This document shows positions 1 to 13,103 of a stretch of DNA of 64,000 nucleotides, piece after piece. The stretch's first letter is position 1. Every line of letters starts with the position of its first letter. This DNA comes from Klebsormidium nitens (taxonomy: Eukaryota > Plantae > Klebsormidiophyceae), in NCBI GenBank assembly GCA_000708835.1, contig DF237367.1, positions 16,955 through 80,954 on the forward strand. The letters run 5' to 3'. A program made the position numbers and the translations under genes. The notes beneath the pieces are model-generated. The model was not told the DNA's origin, searched no databases, and was given only the letters and a program-made list of their open reading frames with translations.

Positions 1-40
1 AGCGGAAGGCCCGAGGCCGGGTGCGTTTAGCGTTGGGAGA

Positions 41-2467
41 ATGGTGTATGAGGAGAGGAACCGCGATGGGGGGTTGGATCTAGAGGAAGAAGAGGACTGT
101 GTTGAAGTGCCAGGGGGCGAAAGAAGGAGGCCCCTCAAACGGCTGAAAAAGCTGAAGCTCACGAAAGAAGAGAAGCGGAAAGAAGGAAATCTGCAAGGGG
201 GCAGGGGAGGGGGGTCACGACCGGGGGAAAACAATCGAAGGCAGGGAGCAGCGGCGACGGGCTGGAAAGAGTTCGATCCGAAAGATTGGGTCGACTGGAA
301 CAGCGGCGAGAGGCCTCAGGAAGTGAGCGGGCAGAATTTGAGAGAGGCTGGATATGGCATTGTAGATGAACGGGGGGGGGGAAGTGGAGGTGGCGGGGTT
401 GAACGACCGGAGCAGAGGAGCTCACATCTAGACTGGCCAGGTGGGGTGTTTGCTGCTGAAGGGAATTTTGAAGGTCTGGGTATGACGCAAGAAAACGGTC
501 GAGCTTTCGGGGGGGCCAATTTGATACGGGGAGAGAACCCAGAGGCGGCACGGGGCCAGTTTGGAGTAACTGGCGTTGAAGCAGGGGGTAGAACCACGGA
601 ACAAAGACCGGTGTCTGGGGGACACGTGTCACACTCCCAGCAATGGGAAGGTGACGTCAACCTTGCCAGCCTCCCCTCCAGCGAGCACCCACTGCATCTA
701 CCGAGAGCGGCTGAGACTGCGCGGGAGCCGTCCGATCGTTCGGATCGACGGCCGCGAACGTCCGACGGACACGCTTCGCAGCCGGCTGTCAAACAGCGCA
801 CGCTCGACAACGTCTGGGCGAAAGCGGGGGCGAGCTTGCGGGACGACCGACCCCCCCGGAAGAAGCGCCGCGGTGCGCCGGAGGGTTTCGCGGGCGCGGC
901 CGCGTCGGCTCGGCACGCGCAGGCCACAGGCGGAGTGACACGTGTCAACCATGCGGATATGACACGTGGCAATTACTTGAAGACGCCACCTGGCAGCACG
1001 ACGCCTGTCCCCGTTAGGACGCCGCAGCAGGAGCAGAACGGGATAGCGAGGAAGTTGGCGTTGTTGTCGCCGGGCGGGGAGGTCGCGTGCGCGATCTGCT
1101 GGGAGGCTCGCGCGAGCGCGGAGCAGGGGGTACTGCCGTGCGGGCACGGGTTCTGCTACCACTGCGTCATGAAGTGGGCCAAGGTGGGGACTTTGACGGC
1201 TTTTCTTTTAATCCAAAAGTATCGCCTTTGGTATGTACTCCAGGGGAGACCATTCTTTTTCAGTCTGTGTCTCCGTCGGCTTTGCTTCAATTTCTTTTGC
1301 CCGCGTTCCATTCGAGTCTGCGTTTCGGCACTACTTGTTTCCTGGCTTGGCAGCAGGTTCCTGCGCCGCTGATTCTTGTGCCAACAAGATTGATCGACCC
1401 GTTAGCAAGATTTCACATGCCGAGACTTCGTCAGGACCATTCTGCAGGCAGCAACCGTTGACTTAAAAGCAGCTGCTTTGCGGTCGCCAATCTTCGGATA
1501 ATCAAACCGTCCGAACCGCGCTGCCTCGCAGGAGGAAGTGAACGTGGACGTGAACGGGAAACCGACGCTGCTTTCCAAGTGGAAGGCGGAGGCGAAGTGT
1601 CCGCTGTGCAAAATGCCGTACGACTTCGTAACCAAGCGCCACGCGCCCGACAGCGAGGGCGTCACTTTGGAGGACGAAGTTGTGCAGCTCCCAGCGGGGA
1701 CGTTCGCGGATCTAGGGGTGAGGAAATTCTATTCGGATATTAGCTTTGCATAAAAACGAGACACTCGAGTTGGAGTCAGGGTGTCAATTGGGTGTCCACT
1801 GATTGGAGAGACGCGGCCGGAAGAGGGTTTGAGTACAAGCGGGTCGTGTTAGCACACAAAGGGATCTACGAGGCAGTCGTCCAGGGACATTCATGATATC
1901 CAAAGATTAGCCTCCAGTTGTCTACTAAGTCGATTGCTTCGGATCTCCTAAGCCCTGGGACTCCTAAACCTCCAATAAACCTATTGGCCGTGATCTTCTG
2001 CCTTACGAAAATGCTGGTAATGGCAATCAAAGACACGCGGAACTGCGCAGCTCGCACCACAGAGACAGTAGGTGGACGGTCAAACCCTTTCAGTCGCATT
2101 CTTTGGTCCTAGGAAGAACGCACTGAAGCAAGCAAAGTACCCTTCCTTACCTTAAACGCCCCCCATTTGTTTCTTGCAGGGGTTCGCTCCTGTGAGCGCC
2201 CCACCTTCCGCAGGCATGTCCGAGCAGCGCCCGGTGCCCCGAGCACCGGGCGCTTACGCCCGAGGAAACCGCGGCCGGGGCATCTCCAGGGGTCCAAGCG
2301 GACCAAGGGTCCGCACGGACGGAAACGGCACAGAGCGCGCGCGCGTGGGCGCTCCGGCCGCGGGTATGGACCCGTGGTTCGGGCGCTTCTTGGCGGGGCA
2401 ACAGACGGGAGCCCAGCGGGGGGCTCAGAGTCTGCGGCGGACCTTGCCGCACGCAGGACCGGGGTAG
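41..2467 (+). CDS. C3HC4 RING-finger protein with long disordered N-terminus (5' end probably outside window)
   Basis: Exons <41-1183, 1532-1717 and 2180-2467; both introns GT..AG and phase 0. Splicing completes the RING: CAICW..GVLPCGHGFCYHC (exon 1) + KCPLCK (exon 2). The frame is open back to the window start. Confidence 0.8.
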
Positions 2468-3532
2468 ACCGGAAAGTAGCGGCAATAGCGCTACGAGAGA
2501 GTCCCGGAACGCGGTAACAATTCGGTGCAACGTTGTCAGTAATTCAGGTCAACGATGTTGCCGATCGGAGTTTGGCAGTATGATGTCTCTTCTCTTGTCT
2601 CGATTCGGATCGGCGCATGACAAGCCCTTCTGCAAACCTCCGTGCGTCCGCAAGCCCAAGTCTGGCCACAAGCGTGACTAAACTCCTGAGCAAGCTCGTT
2701 AATTCAAGCGATCGTGAAGTACCTTATTCGTCTCAGACATTCCTTCGCCTTACTGATATGACGAGCTGTAATGCTTTGCATCCTGGTTTAACGAGTTTGA
2801 GTGAGCTGTTCCAATCGTGAATACAATTATTGCATGCAGTCCGACCGTCTGTGACCACTCTCAACACATGCATTGAGCCCATGGTCACCGTTGTCTGGTT
2901 TGAGCCTATACACATGACAGTCAGATGGCAGTAATGGGAGCTACCGCAAGGATACAATTAAGAAGCAAAGGGTGCCGCATAAGCCTGATCTGATCCTACT
3001 TAACCATTTAATCACTCCGCTATATACGCGCATTCATATGATCAATCGGTGCGCCGGGATTCAATGATCTATGCCCTGAGCGCGCGCGGATACATGTGCA
3101 GATTTGTCTAATGCTTTGCATGATTGGATTACGGTACTCTGTACGGTACCGCTTAGGTATGCAAAGCGACGCACCGTGCGTCTATACAGCCTTCACGTAC
3201 TGCCTGAGCGCGCTGCCTGGCACGTGACTGACTACTTACCGGGCCACTGACTGCGTGGACTCAGCCGACTAAGCTGGCCGAACAGTCGCCTATTGAAGGC
3301 CGCGGCCGCGGCCGCGTCCAGGCGGGCCGCCCGCGGGGCCGCACCCCTTGTCTCACGCGCACCAGCCGCGGCCATGAGGTTCGAAATGCCGCTGCGCGCA
3401 GTCGCGGCCGCCCGGCTCCCGCTATGGTGTGCCGAGGACAAGCCAAATCAATGTAGGTATTCAGTATTGAGCGGACCAATTTCCGAGCTGAAAAGTTAGA
3501 CTGAGCGTTTACTTGTTCAGAACGTTCGCGTA

Positions 3533-4412
3533 TTGGTTAGCATCAGGACCATCACGATTAGTCGCCATGGTAACAGGCTTCCTACGCGAATGAAGGGCAA
3601 CTCGCGTTGGCACCCCTTGGACTCGGCGCTCCTAGGAAGCTGGAGCCTTGCAGCCGAGTACAACCGCCTGGAGGCGACCTTAAATGACGAATATGAACAG
3701 ATTGCTGCTGCCGCAAATATCGCAGCCAGAGACGTGCAAGTTGCCCAGGACAGGGGAGCTTCAGAGTCTCAAGTTGTAGTGCTTGTGGAGCGCCATCAGT
3801 CAACCCTAGCGGCGCTGGAGCTCAAGAGGGAAGAGTGCGCCGGAGCGCAAGCAGAGTGGCTTCGTCAGGAGAATAGGCAAGCGGAGTCTGACCAGCAGAG
3901 CTTGGAAAGCTGGGTTAAGCAAGGAAGGTGCTGCGAGCTTCCAGTAAGGGTATGCAAGTCTACCATTAGCTCCCTGTTAAACAAACGCATCCATCTCAAC
4001 CTCTTCGTTAAACAAGCACAGGCTGAAGGTCTAATGGAAGGTTCACAAGGATACTAACCTGTTCCAAATCCAAACGGTCTTCATAGGGCAAAGGGACTAG
4101 AAGTCACTGCGCTTTACTTCGGTCTTTTGCAGGATGCGTCTAAGCTGTCAACACCATGTCTTTAGCTGTTATGATGGTCCTCACACTTTTCACAAAGATA
4201 GTGCTCAAACAGCAATTGAATTTGCGCATTTCGATGGCCAACCTGCCAATGATAGCAAGCCTGGTACGTCAGTTATTGGTGCTATGATTAACAACCTACA
4301 GGACCTGCCCCGAAAGCATCCGTTGCGACGTCAAACAGTATCTGAGAACAGTTGCATGGCATGGACGGCTCTAATCGCTTACTTCATCTATGCATCTTCC
4401 GGGAGCTTTTAG
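3533..4412 (+). CDS. Possible orphan gene or pseudogene: helical ORF plus a downstream exon
   Basis: ORF 3533-4057 has amphipathic helical character (RLEATLNDEYEQIAAAANIAARDVQVAQDRG). A possible phase-2 splice (AG|GTGCTG near 3927 to TTTTGCAG|G near 4133) would join ORF 4134-4412. No recognisable domain. Confidence 0.3.
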
Positions 4413-5204
4413 GCTATCGATGATGTAAGTTGAAGGCGGCGCAGATTAGATTAATAAATAAGTTGTCATATCCAGTATGAACTGCCGGACAATCCCGGAC
4501 AAGAGATTACGATATTGGCCCGCCTGCAGGGACACAAGAAAGTCGATCTTCCAAAGACGGCAATGTACGACTGCCGTGAACTATGGTTTAGCGACCTGCA
4601 ACAACCCTGCGTTAGTGACTTAGTGACGACTGTTGGATGGCGACCGCGGCCGCGCTCGCAATCACCGCGTCGGTAAAACCCTGAAGTTTGCGAGACACGG
4701 GAACTTTCGACGTAGCAGAGAAGGGGCCCAGCTGTTTCAGCCCGTCAGATCAGCTTATGCACGACATCATTTACGAAATTACTGAATTTTGTGCAAGAAG
4801 GCTGAACAAAACAAGCAGGGTCCCTCCTCCTGACTCTTTCACGTGCTGATCGGACCTCAGCAACTATGAAGCCACTAACAAAAGAAAGGCCGGTGTAGAG
4901 GACGTTGCTGCTGGTGCCAGGATATGCGCAGATCAGCTGCTTTCGTATTCCGGTCGTGAAATCTTGCGAACAAAACTACGATGGCTCATTCGAAAGCCAG
5001 CATATATAACCAGTCTATCCAGAGGGTCTCCGAATCTCATGAGCTCAGGCGCCGAAGCACTTTGTGCTAGGCTTCAAAGCTGATCACAGGCGCGCAATTC
5101 AAGCTGAGACTCTCTGAAGATTGATAACAGATTTTTAGGCTCCATCTTTGGTTGACAGTCGAAGCTCTAGTCTTCCCCAACATGGTGGAAGAAGACTGTT
5201 CAAA

Positions 5205-7811
5205 ATGTCCCGGGGCCGTCTCGACGTTAGGGGACGCCCTCGACGAAGAGGGCCACTACTTTGACTTCATCAAGTTCTACAAGTGAGCTCCCAGGCCAGC
5301 AGATCTTACGAACCAAGACTTTTGCCAAGTGGCTTTGTTCAAGCCTTGGAAGTCTTTTTCCCTTGTTCTTGAAAGGAAGTGAGAAAGGGTATCTGATAGC
5401 AAAGGATCCTGCATTTTATCTCTAGCTTTTTGCTGTTGCCACGCCCTGGTCAAACAAGGACGGCTGATGTAATTGTCCATGCAAAAGATGCACAGCGTTT
5501 GAGGTTGCAAGAGTCTTTCGAAAAGCCTATATTTCACCTGTTGATCTCATGATCTCATCCACATTTCCACGTTTGTCATGACCAATGTTTTACCCAAGAG
5601 CATGCATGCAAAACCTCATAAGCTGAAAAGTGTTCGTTCACGAGGGTTTGCTCTGGAAGCACAGAAGGCAGTGGCAATATTATTTTACACGCGATTCTTG
5701 GCATCTGTAGGAAGGTCGAGTTCTGCGACCGGAGCCTTCGCTTAGAGATCCTGAAGGAAACCAGAAAAGGTGAGCCGCTTTGCTTTTGCTGCTCCAGGAA
5801 ACGAAATGCGAGCAGTATCCATCTGAAGAAGCACATTCTCGGCATTCAAAGTAATTCATTCGGAACAAAATGAACAGATCCTATTGAATTTCAAAAAAAG
5901 ATACCTGGTTCTGAGGTTCACCGCTGAAGTGCAGTGAGTTTTGTTCTTCCCCTGAGGGGTCTTTATACGCAGCCTTACTGAATGAGCACTAGTGTAATAC
6001 TCTTGCAAAACCCCTCTCGTTTAAGAGATTCTGATAACAGGCAGTTTAGTGAAGCTTAGTGATTCACTAAACTTGGTTTTTTGCGTTCATCCGATCAGGA
6101 CCTACGTCCGCCAACGACGAGGAGCTCCCCATCAATTCGATCGTCGTCGCCGCGAAGAGCGTCGTGCTACAAAAGATGCTGTCCACAGGAATGAAAGAAG
6201 CAAACAAAAGCGCGCCTGTTGTCATCAAAGTCACGGCCGAAGGTAAAGCAAGGCTCCAAAGTGCTTCCGTTGGAATAAAATTCCTCCTGTTCCGTTTTTG
6301 TTGCCAGCTTTCTGCTTTCTGTCGGGACTTCAGGTTGGTCAGAAACTTCGATCTTCCTTAGAAAGGTGACCATCAGACCTCGTTGAACTATCGTAAAGAA
6401 GACTCGAGAGAAACCGCTGTCTGTACCAAAACATAGTAAGCTGTGAACTGTTGGTTCTTTCGACAAATTACTCTTTCAAGAGCAGATTGCTGCGAGCACT
6501 TGTTACCTTCTGCCAACCTTCTGCAAAGGTGAATCACATTCTCTGCTTACCTTGTGCTGTTCGCAAGAACCAGACTAGAGCTTTCAAGAAGTGCGACGCG
6601 AACGCTCCCTGAGATCTTGCAGCCTTTTTCAACGTTGAAGATCCTGAAGGCACACAAGCAGAAAGAAATAGTTCATCAACCAACATCAGCAACTTCCTCT
6701 CTCCTCGCAGAAAAGACGGCATTCAAAGAGATGCTTCACTTCCTCTACGCGGGCAGCCTTTCCCCGCGCCTTCTCGAGGCGACCATTGATGTGCGCGAGC
6801 TCGTGGCGCTGCTCGTGCTGGGCGACAAGTTCGAAGTCCCATCCCTTATGGGCACTGTGGTCAGATGTATAAGCACCCGCCGGAAGTGTATTCCTGACAG
6901 CACAGTGCTCGCGACCGAGATCCCAGACACGCGCCTTCAACTTCGGCAAGTCAAGAAACTGGCGGACGACGCGCGCGCGCATGTCGTCGAAACGTACGCT
7001 GACGTCAGCGGCACGTGGGAGTCTGAAGCGTTCATGAGCCTGAGCCTGGAGGTGATTGAGATCCTCATGCAAGCTGAGGAGCTCGAGGCGGAGAATGAGG
7101 AGGAGATTGTCGAGAAACTTCTAGGCTGGATTCGGGGAAAGTATGACGCCCTGAGTGCGCGGCGACGGGTGGTCAGGGATTTGACGCCCCACATTCGGTT
7201 CTTCTCCCTTACCGGAGAGGCCCTGGAAAGGTTCCTGTCAACACCAGAGATGCAATCGAAAGGTAACTCAAAGTCTGATCAAAGAGGCCGTCAGGTTCCA
7301 ATCTTATTCGGACAGCAGAAAAGCGGAGCTCAAAGCCCCGGTGTGTCAGAGGAAGGGAGTCCGCGACGTTCACCTGGAGATTGTCAGCGACTATGTTCTT
7401 GACGAGAAACGAACATCGGTAAAATCGCGGTCGACTCCCTGGTTTGGCAAAGCTTGGTTCGTCCAGGTACAGAAACCAACCGGTGATACACCCCCGGCGG
7501 ATCGGGTGCGCGTCTTTCTGTACTGCGAAAAGGCTACCGTTGAAACAGGAACTTTCCCTTTCACTCCTGTAGACCGACTTAGTCTCAGCATCTATGTGAA
7601 GATTTGGCCAGAGGGATTCTGGCACTTTTTGACTGAGTTTTCCAGCCCCCGTGAATTCAGGCTTGAAGGAGGGTGTCGCAATTGGGGCTTTTCTGACGCA
7701 TTTAGCATGTCCTGGGAGGATGCTAGGAAGTCGGAAAAGTTGGTGGGCAGCAACGGTGCCATTAGCATCAAAGTTGTCGCCCGTCGTTTTCGAGATGCAA
7801 AGAAGTCTTGA
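5205..7811 (+). CDS. POB1/LRB-like BTB-BACK-MATH-like protein, paralog 1 (one-base frameshift at 7259-7261)
   Basis: Exons 5205-5281, 5711-5769, 6099-6242 and 6711-7811. Motifs DEEGHYFDF..FYK, FCDRSLRLEIL, ELPINSIVVAAKSVVLQKML, EKTAFKEMLHFLY, GDKFEV, EELEAENEEEIV, IRFFSL. An extra A in TCGAAAGGTAACT shifts PEMQSK off the frame encoding VTQSLIKEAVRFQSYSD, which is homologous to paralog 2. Confidence 0.8.
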
Positions 7812-9561
7812 CACAGTAAGCCAAAACCAAACGGCGAGAGGGTTAGAAAAGTGGGCATAGCTTGTTGAGTCTTCCCCCTAGCAAGACAATGATGTAATTT
7901 AGGTGACTGTATCTACGAACTGTGGTACTACAAGACGATGCCAAAGTCGGTGGGGCATGCCTCTTGCGACGTTTGAAATCTATTCTCACCCTCATCACCT
8001 ATTCAACATGATCAAAGTCATCGGAACATTAGCAAGCTGTTGTTCGACATGCTTCATAACGTTTGGATCTCATACAAACGCTTCTGAAAGCTTGCTCGTT
8101 GGTCCACTCATGCCGACTTCAAAACCATGATTACAATGAATAGACCATTGGCTCTCGAATCAGAAAACTGCGTGCCATATTCTTATCCAGAAAGAAGAAG
8201 GCGGTCCATCATGTAGCGAGCGGTAAAGCACTTTTAGAACCGGAGATCTCAGAAACTGGGCTCTGATCCGCATGAGCAGGGATACAAATCCAAACCTTAA
8301 ATCTCGTTTATGGTGACGCATAGCATATTACGTCAGCATGCGATCATACGCCAGTCTTGAATGGCAAGTGTACAACAAAACGCTGATTTCGAGGCTGAAG
8401 CTGACCATTACGAATCTGACACAAGGTTTGACCTGAATCAAAGGGATTCGTGCAAGCACGATACGTATAAGTCGAACCGTTCCGATGAACTGAAGGGCTG
8501 CTGCCAGCGAACGATCAGAGGTTTGCGTTGTAGCCGCAGCTGACGCGGTGGCCTGATAATGCGGGCACCGTCGCAGCCGCCCAACCATACGGTAGTGATT
8601 CTTGCGTCCGACAACGGACGGCCGCGCCCCCGAAAGTCGCGGCCGCGGCCGCGCGCGTGCTGCCTCACCGTGACCGAGTCAACATCTCCTTCGCGCGCCG
8701 CGCATCAGCGGCTAGGATTAGAATCGGACAGCTATAGTCTGTAGCCCGTAAGAGCGTATCGAATGGCTGCAGGACTTACAGGTTGGCAGAAGACATGCTT
8801 CTTCCTGCCACGTGGAGCCCAACCAGAGGCCTTGCCTACTACGTGACACGTTGGTAGCGCAGGTACGTATACACTGCAATAGGGGGTCGTACTAGCCATC
8901 TGAGCGCCAGCTAGCAGCTGTGTCTCCGCTTATGTTACGTAAGAATATTTGTGGCTTGTCAGCGGGGGTTTAATAAGTCTAGCTTCAATACAACAGTCCT
9001 ATCCAGTAAAACTAAAGCCATTTGTTTTAAATAGACTGAATCACATTTGTCCTAAAGCCCGGGTGCACCAACACGTATGCAAGTGAGTCTGCTTACGCTC
9101 AACAAAGTGCATGATCTTTGTCTAGCAGACGTGTCAGGCACATGTAAGGAAGAGCAAGCAAAAGAGTATGAAAGCGTGACGTTCAGGTTTCATAGAAGTG
9201 GCCCTATAAACAGCCATCGCAACGGCGGACAGTCCAGATCCTGGCAGATAGTTTACTTGTCAGAACTGCGTTACATATCCTCTACAGCCTCCTACAAGGT
9301 TTTGTAGGAGACTGATAGACCAGCTTGTTAAGAAAGATAGTCCAATTAATAAGAATGCTATGCAATGTCTGAGTACTAAGGCCCACTCTTTCATTGGATT
9401 CGACCAATTCCTGTTTCAGAGTTTTAAGTTGGTGAACGGGTTCCTTCTGTCCCACCAAACCAAATGTTCCGTACTTCTTTTAAGTGCCTGGAAGGCGAAG
9501 GTCTCGACGGATCATTAAAGCTCTAGCAAATCTTGCAACGTTTGCTGAGCCTCTGTCTAGT

Positions 9562-12500
9562 TCAAAGGGTTTGATGAGCCCATTGCTGCGAATCCTCAGA
9601 GCTTTGGAAGCGACGGGCAACTACCCTAATAGTAACGGCACCCGTGCTGCCTAGAAGTCTTTCGGACCGTCTTGCGTCCGCCCAGGAGGTCTTCAGTGGA
9701 TTTCCAGGGCCACAGCCGCTAAGCTTCCCTCCTGTTAGTAAACCATTGAGCGCTGTCCGACCCACACTGCCACATGACTTCCAGATGCCTTCCGGCCAGA
9801 TCTTCACAAAAAACTTCGTCTCAACATCGTCCACGGTGCTGGAGGACCCGTGCAAACTATCGGAAGCAACTTCGCAGCACAAGAAAACACCCACGGTGCG
9901 CACCGAATCACCCTTCCTTGATAGCATGATGTACCATTTCTTCCCAAACCATAATGCCGACCGCGACGTCATCCTTGTTCTCTGATCGCCTAGAACAAAG
10001 TCGTTTATGATCTCGAGATGGACCTCACGCACGCCCTTTCTTTGCACGAAGGCTTTCCGGACGACTTCTTTCTTCGCGTCCGAGTAGGCTCGGAACCGCA
10101 GAGCGGCGTTGATCAGCGCTTGAGTGGGCTTTGATTGCATCTCCGGAACCGCGAGCAGCCTCTCTAGATACTCCCCGCTCAAGCAAAAGAACCGAACTTG
10201 CGGCAACAGTTTAGAGACCACGTGTCTCCTTTCGCTTTCAGACTGGTAGCAACCTCTGATCCAGCTCAGCGCCTTCTCGAGAATCTCCTCTTCAGAGTCG
10301 GCCTCGAGCTCCTCGGACTGAAGCAGAATCTCCATCACATTGGGGTTCGACTCAAAAAACTCAAAAATCTCAGAATTCCACGTCATGCTGACGTCCTTGA
10401 ACGCTTCGATGATGTGGGCACGTGCCTCGTCCGCTACTTTCTTGATTCTTCCAATTTGGAAGAGCGTCTCCGGAAGCTGCTCTACGAGAACGGCGCTGTC
10501 TGGAATGCTCTTCTCGCGCTTGCTCAGGCACTTTAGAACGGCGCCCATCAGAGAAGGGACCTCGAACTTGTCGCCCACGACGAGAAGCCGCACGACCTCG
10601 CGCACATCGGTGGCCGGGTCGTGCAACCGGGGTGAGAGGCTGCCGGCGTAGAGGAAGTGGAGCATCTCCTTGAACGCCTCCTTCTCTGCAGAGGCCAAGA
10701 CGAGCTCTGAGTTGCTGTGAGAAGCAGTCATTTCTGACAATCAGAAAACCATACAACGAGACTTGAGGTAGAGTTGCAGTCGTCCTACGCACAGCAGGTG
10801 GAGTTTTTCTGCCGTATAGCGACGAGACTTCAGCTGGGAAGCATGTTACCGCGCTCGAATGTCAGCACCTTGACAGCCCATTCACCGAATTTTGGTGTGA
10901 GGCATTGATGCAAACGAGCGCACTTGCAGCCCCCTTTGTAAATGGCCTGAGGAAGTGGTGATCGGTCGAAGTCAGATTGATGATTTAGGTGAACTTTTGG
11001 TCTGTGAAAACTGTCTTACCAATTGATGCGCAGAAGAAAGCATTTCGCAAACAACGAGTGACCTTCCTAGAGGCTCCACTTCATCAACGACGAAGATTAG
11101 AGCCTCAAAACCAGAACTGATCAGCTTGCATTTTCAGCGATACGGTATCGTTCAGAGAGGTCTGCTTCTCTGAATGGCCTAGCAGTTACTTTCTAGCAGT
11201 ACGTCACGAAACGATGACGCATCATTGCAGTTATTGAAGAGTCCAACTGTTGACGCCCCGAGCGAAGCCTTTCGACAACGACATCTGAAGAGTAGCCGGG
11301 CAACGATTCTAAGAGAATAACATTCATTCAGGGTGAACCAGTACTGGCCGGCAGGAAGGAATGTTTCCAATAGAAATAGCCGGGGTTCTGTTCAAAAAGG
11401 CAGTCGGCTTTTGCCATAGAATCGCCCGAAACACACAAAAGCATCATACTCCTGTCGTAAGAGAAAACGAGCGCCGCACTTACCTTCCGCTGTGACTTTG
11501 ATGCTCATTGGAGCGCCCTTGTCCGACTCTTGCATCCCTGCAAAAATCATCTTCTGCAGAACCAGGCTCTTCGCAGCGAGGACGATTGAGCTCACGGGTA
11601 TCTCTTCACACCCCGCCGCCTCGGGTCCTGAGATGAGAAAGCACGGGCTTACGCCATCAGTCTCATCTCGAAATCGCAGAGGGAGCGTCTCCACAGGTCG
11701 AAGCTTTCGCATACATGATGCTCTACAGGATGTTTGCACAGCATTGAGATCTCTGTTAGTAACGTGTTCACGGTTCCCCTCCGTTTTGTCTCGAGATTAA
11801 GTAGCAAGGAACGGTGAATTTATCGCGCAATGCTTTTCAGGCGCCTCATTTGACGGGTTAACGATCATATCAGCAGAACGGCTTTTCACACTCTCTTGTG
11901 TACTAGCTGCTGATACACAGCCTTTCCACCATCTGAAACGACAGCCCACGTGCTCGTTTTGCTTGTAAACGAAGAGGGGTTCCGCTTTTGACGCATGGAA
12001 ATCGCTGACATTCAGAAGTTTCACGAAAAAGCTTTGTCTCTTTCCGGGAAAAGCTGCATAGTAAGTTGAAGATCACGATCACGAAGATGCATAATCTGGG
12101 CAGTAACCAAAAGTCGAGATTCCGGAGCCAGATCGGAACATTTCTCGCCCACGTCGATCTTTGATGAGGGGCGCGTCTCCTCAAAATACCCTTAGCATAA
12201 TCAGGCTCTACGTCAGTGCTAGCGTGCCCGCGGAAAGAAGGCGGTTGACGTGTAGTTGTCGGGTCAGCATTCAACGTGAGCTAAAACGCACTTGCCACTT
12301 GATTCCAAGGGAATGCAGAAGGACGGCCCACCTTCCTTGCTCTCGTCCAGGATCTTCAAGCGAATGTTCCGATCGCAGACTTCACCCCTTCTGCACCGCA
12401 AAGGAAAGACCATAATGAAAGCTCGCTCTGTGCTCGCGCACGCAGTTTCGGTTTGATTGGCCCTACCACATGCAGATTTCGAGTGAACCCTAAACTTCTG

Positions 12501-12956
12501 TTCCCGATGCACCGAATTGCACCGACACCAAGCATTCCGAGATTCAAAGGAACAGCGGTTTCTGCTATCAGACGTTGAGGTAGCAGGAAAGAGTACGATG
12601 GCATTAGTTGACAATGTTGGAATTTCAGCAGCGCCCCCCTTCCTCCATACCGTCTCTGTACCACGTAAAAATGTATCAGCCTTGGCAAGACGAGCAGCCC
12701 TTTTTTCCGAGACTCATAGTAGCGGGACCCGTGCCCCCCGTCAAGAAAGAGGCGAAACGTTGATTTTGGGGGATCATACAATAGATTTCCACTTTTTATT
12801 GGCTGAGTTGCCCCGCACCCCTACACGACTTTATCTTCAAATCTTTAATTCCTCGCCTGCTTCGACTCACTTGTAAAATCTTAGGAAGTCGTAGTAGTGG
12901 CCCTCCTCGTCCAGGCCGTCCTCGAGCGCTGACGCGCGCGCCTCAGGCCCCGCCAT
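9562..12956 (-). CDS. POB1/LRB-like BTB-BACK-MATH-like protein, paralog 2 (intact)
   Basis: Exons 12956-12871, 12390-12332, 11627-11484 and 10685-9562, phases 2/1/1, canonical splice sites. Motifs DEEGHYYDF, VCDRNIRLKIL, EEIPVSSIVLAAKSLVLQKM, GDKFEVPSLMG, VRFFCL. Closest to paralog 1. Confidence 0.88.
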
Positions 12957-13103
12957 CGCAGAAGCTTCTGGTCACCAAACAACTTTAGATGCGCTACGCT
13001 CTACGCAGCCGATCTGGAAAAACTTCTTCGCAGCAGCTGCTTTTTCTCAGACTCCTTGAAACGGCTGAATCCTGTCTTCTCCTAGAGTTTCCTTGACACG
13101 GTC

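Noticed and set aside
4300-4340. LPRKHPLRRQ resembling the CACTA transposase FLPxxHPxR motif
   Set aside because: A single short motif with no other transposase motifs and no CACTA termini.
7263-7320. Small intron rescuing the paralog-1 frameshift (AAAG|GTAACT)
   Set aside because: No phase-1 acceptor nearby, and the segment is homologous to coding sequence in paralog 2.
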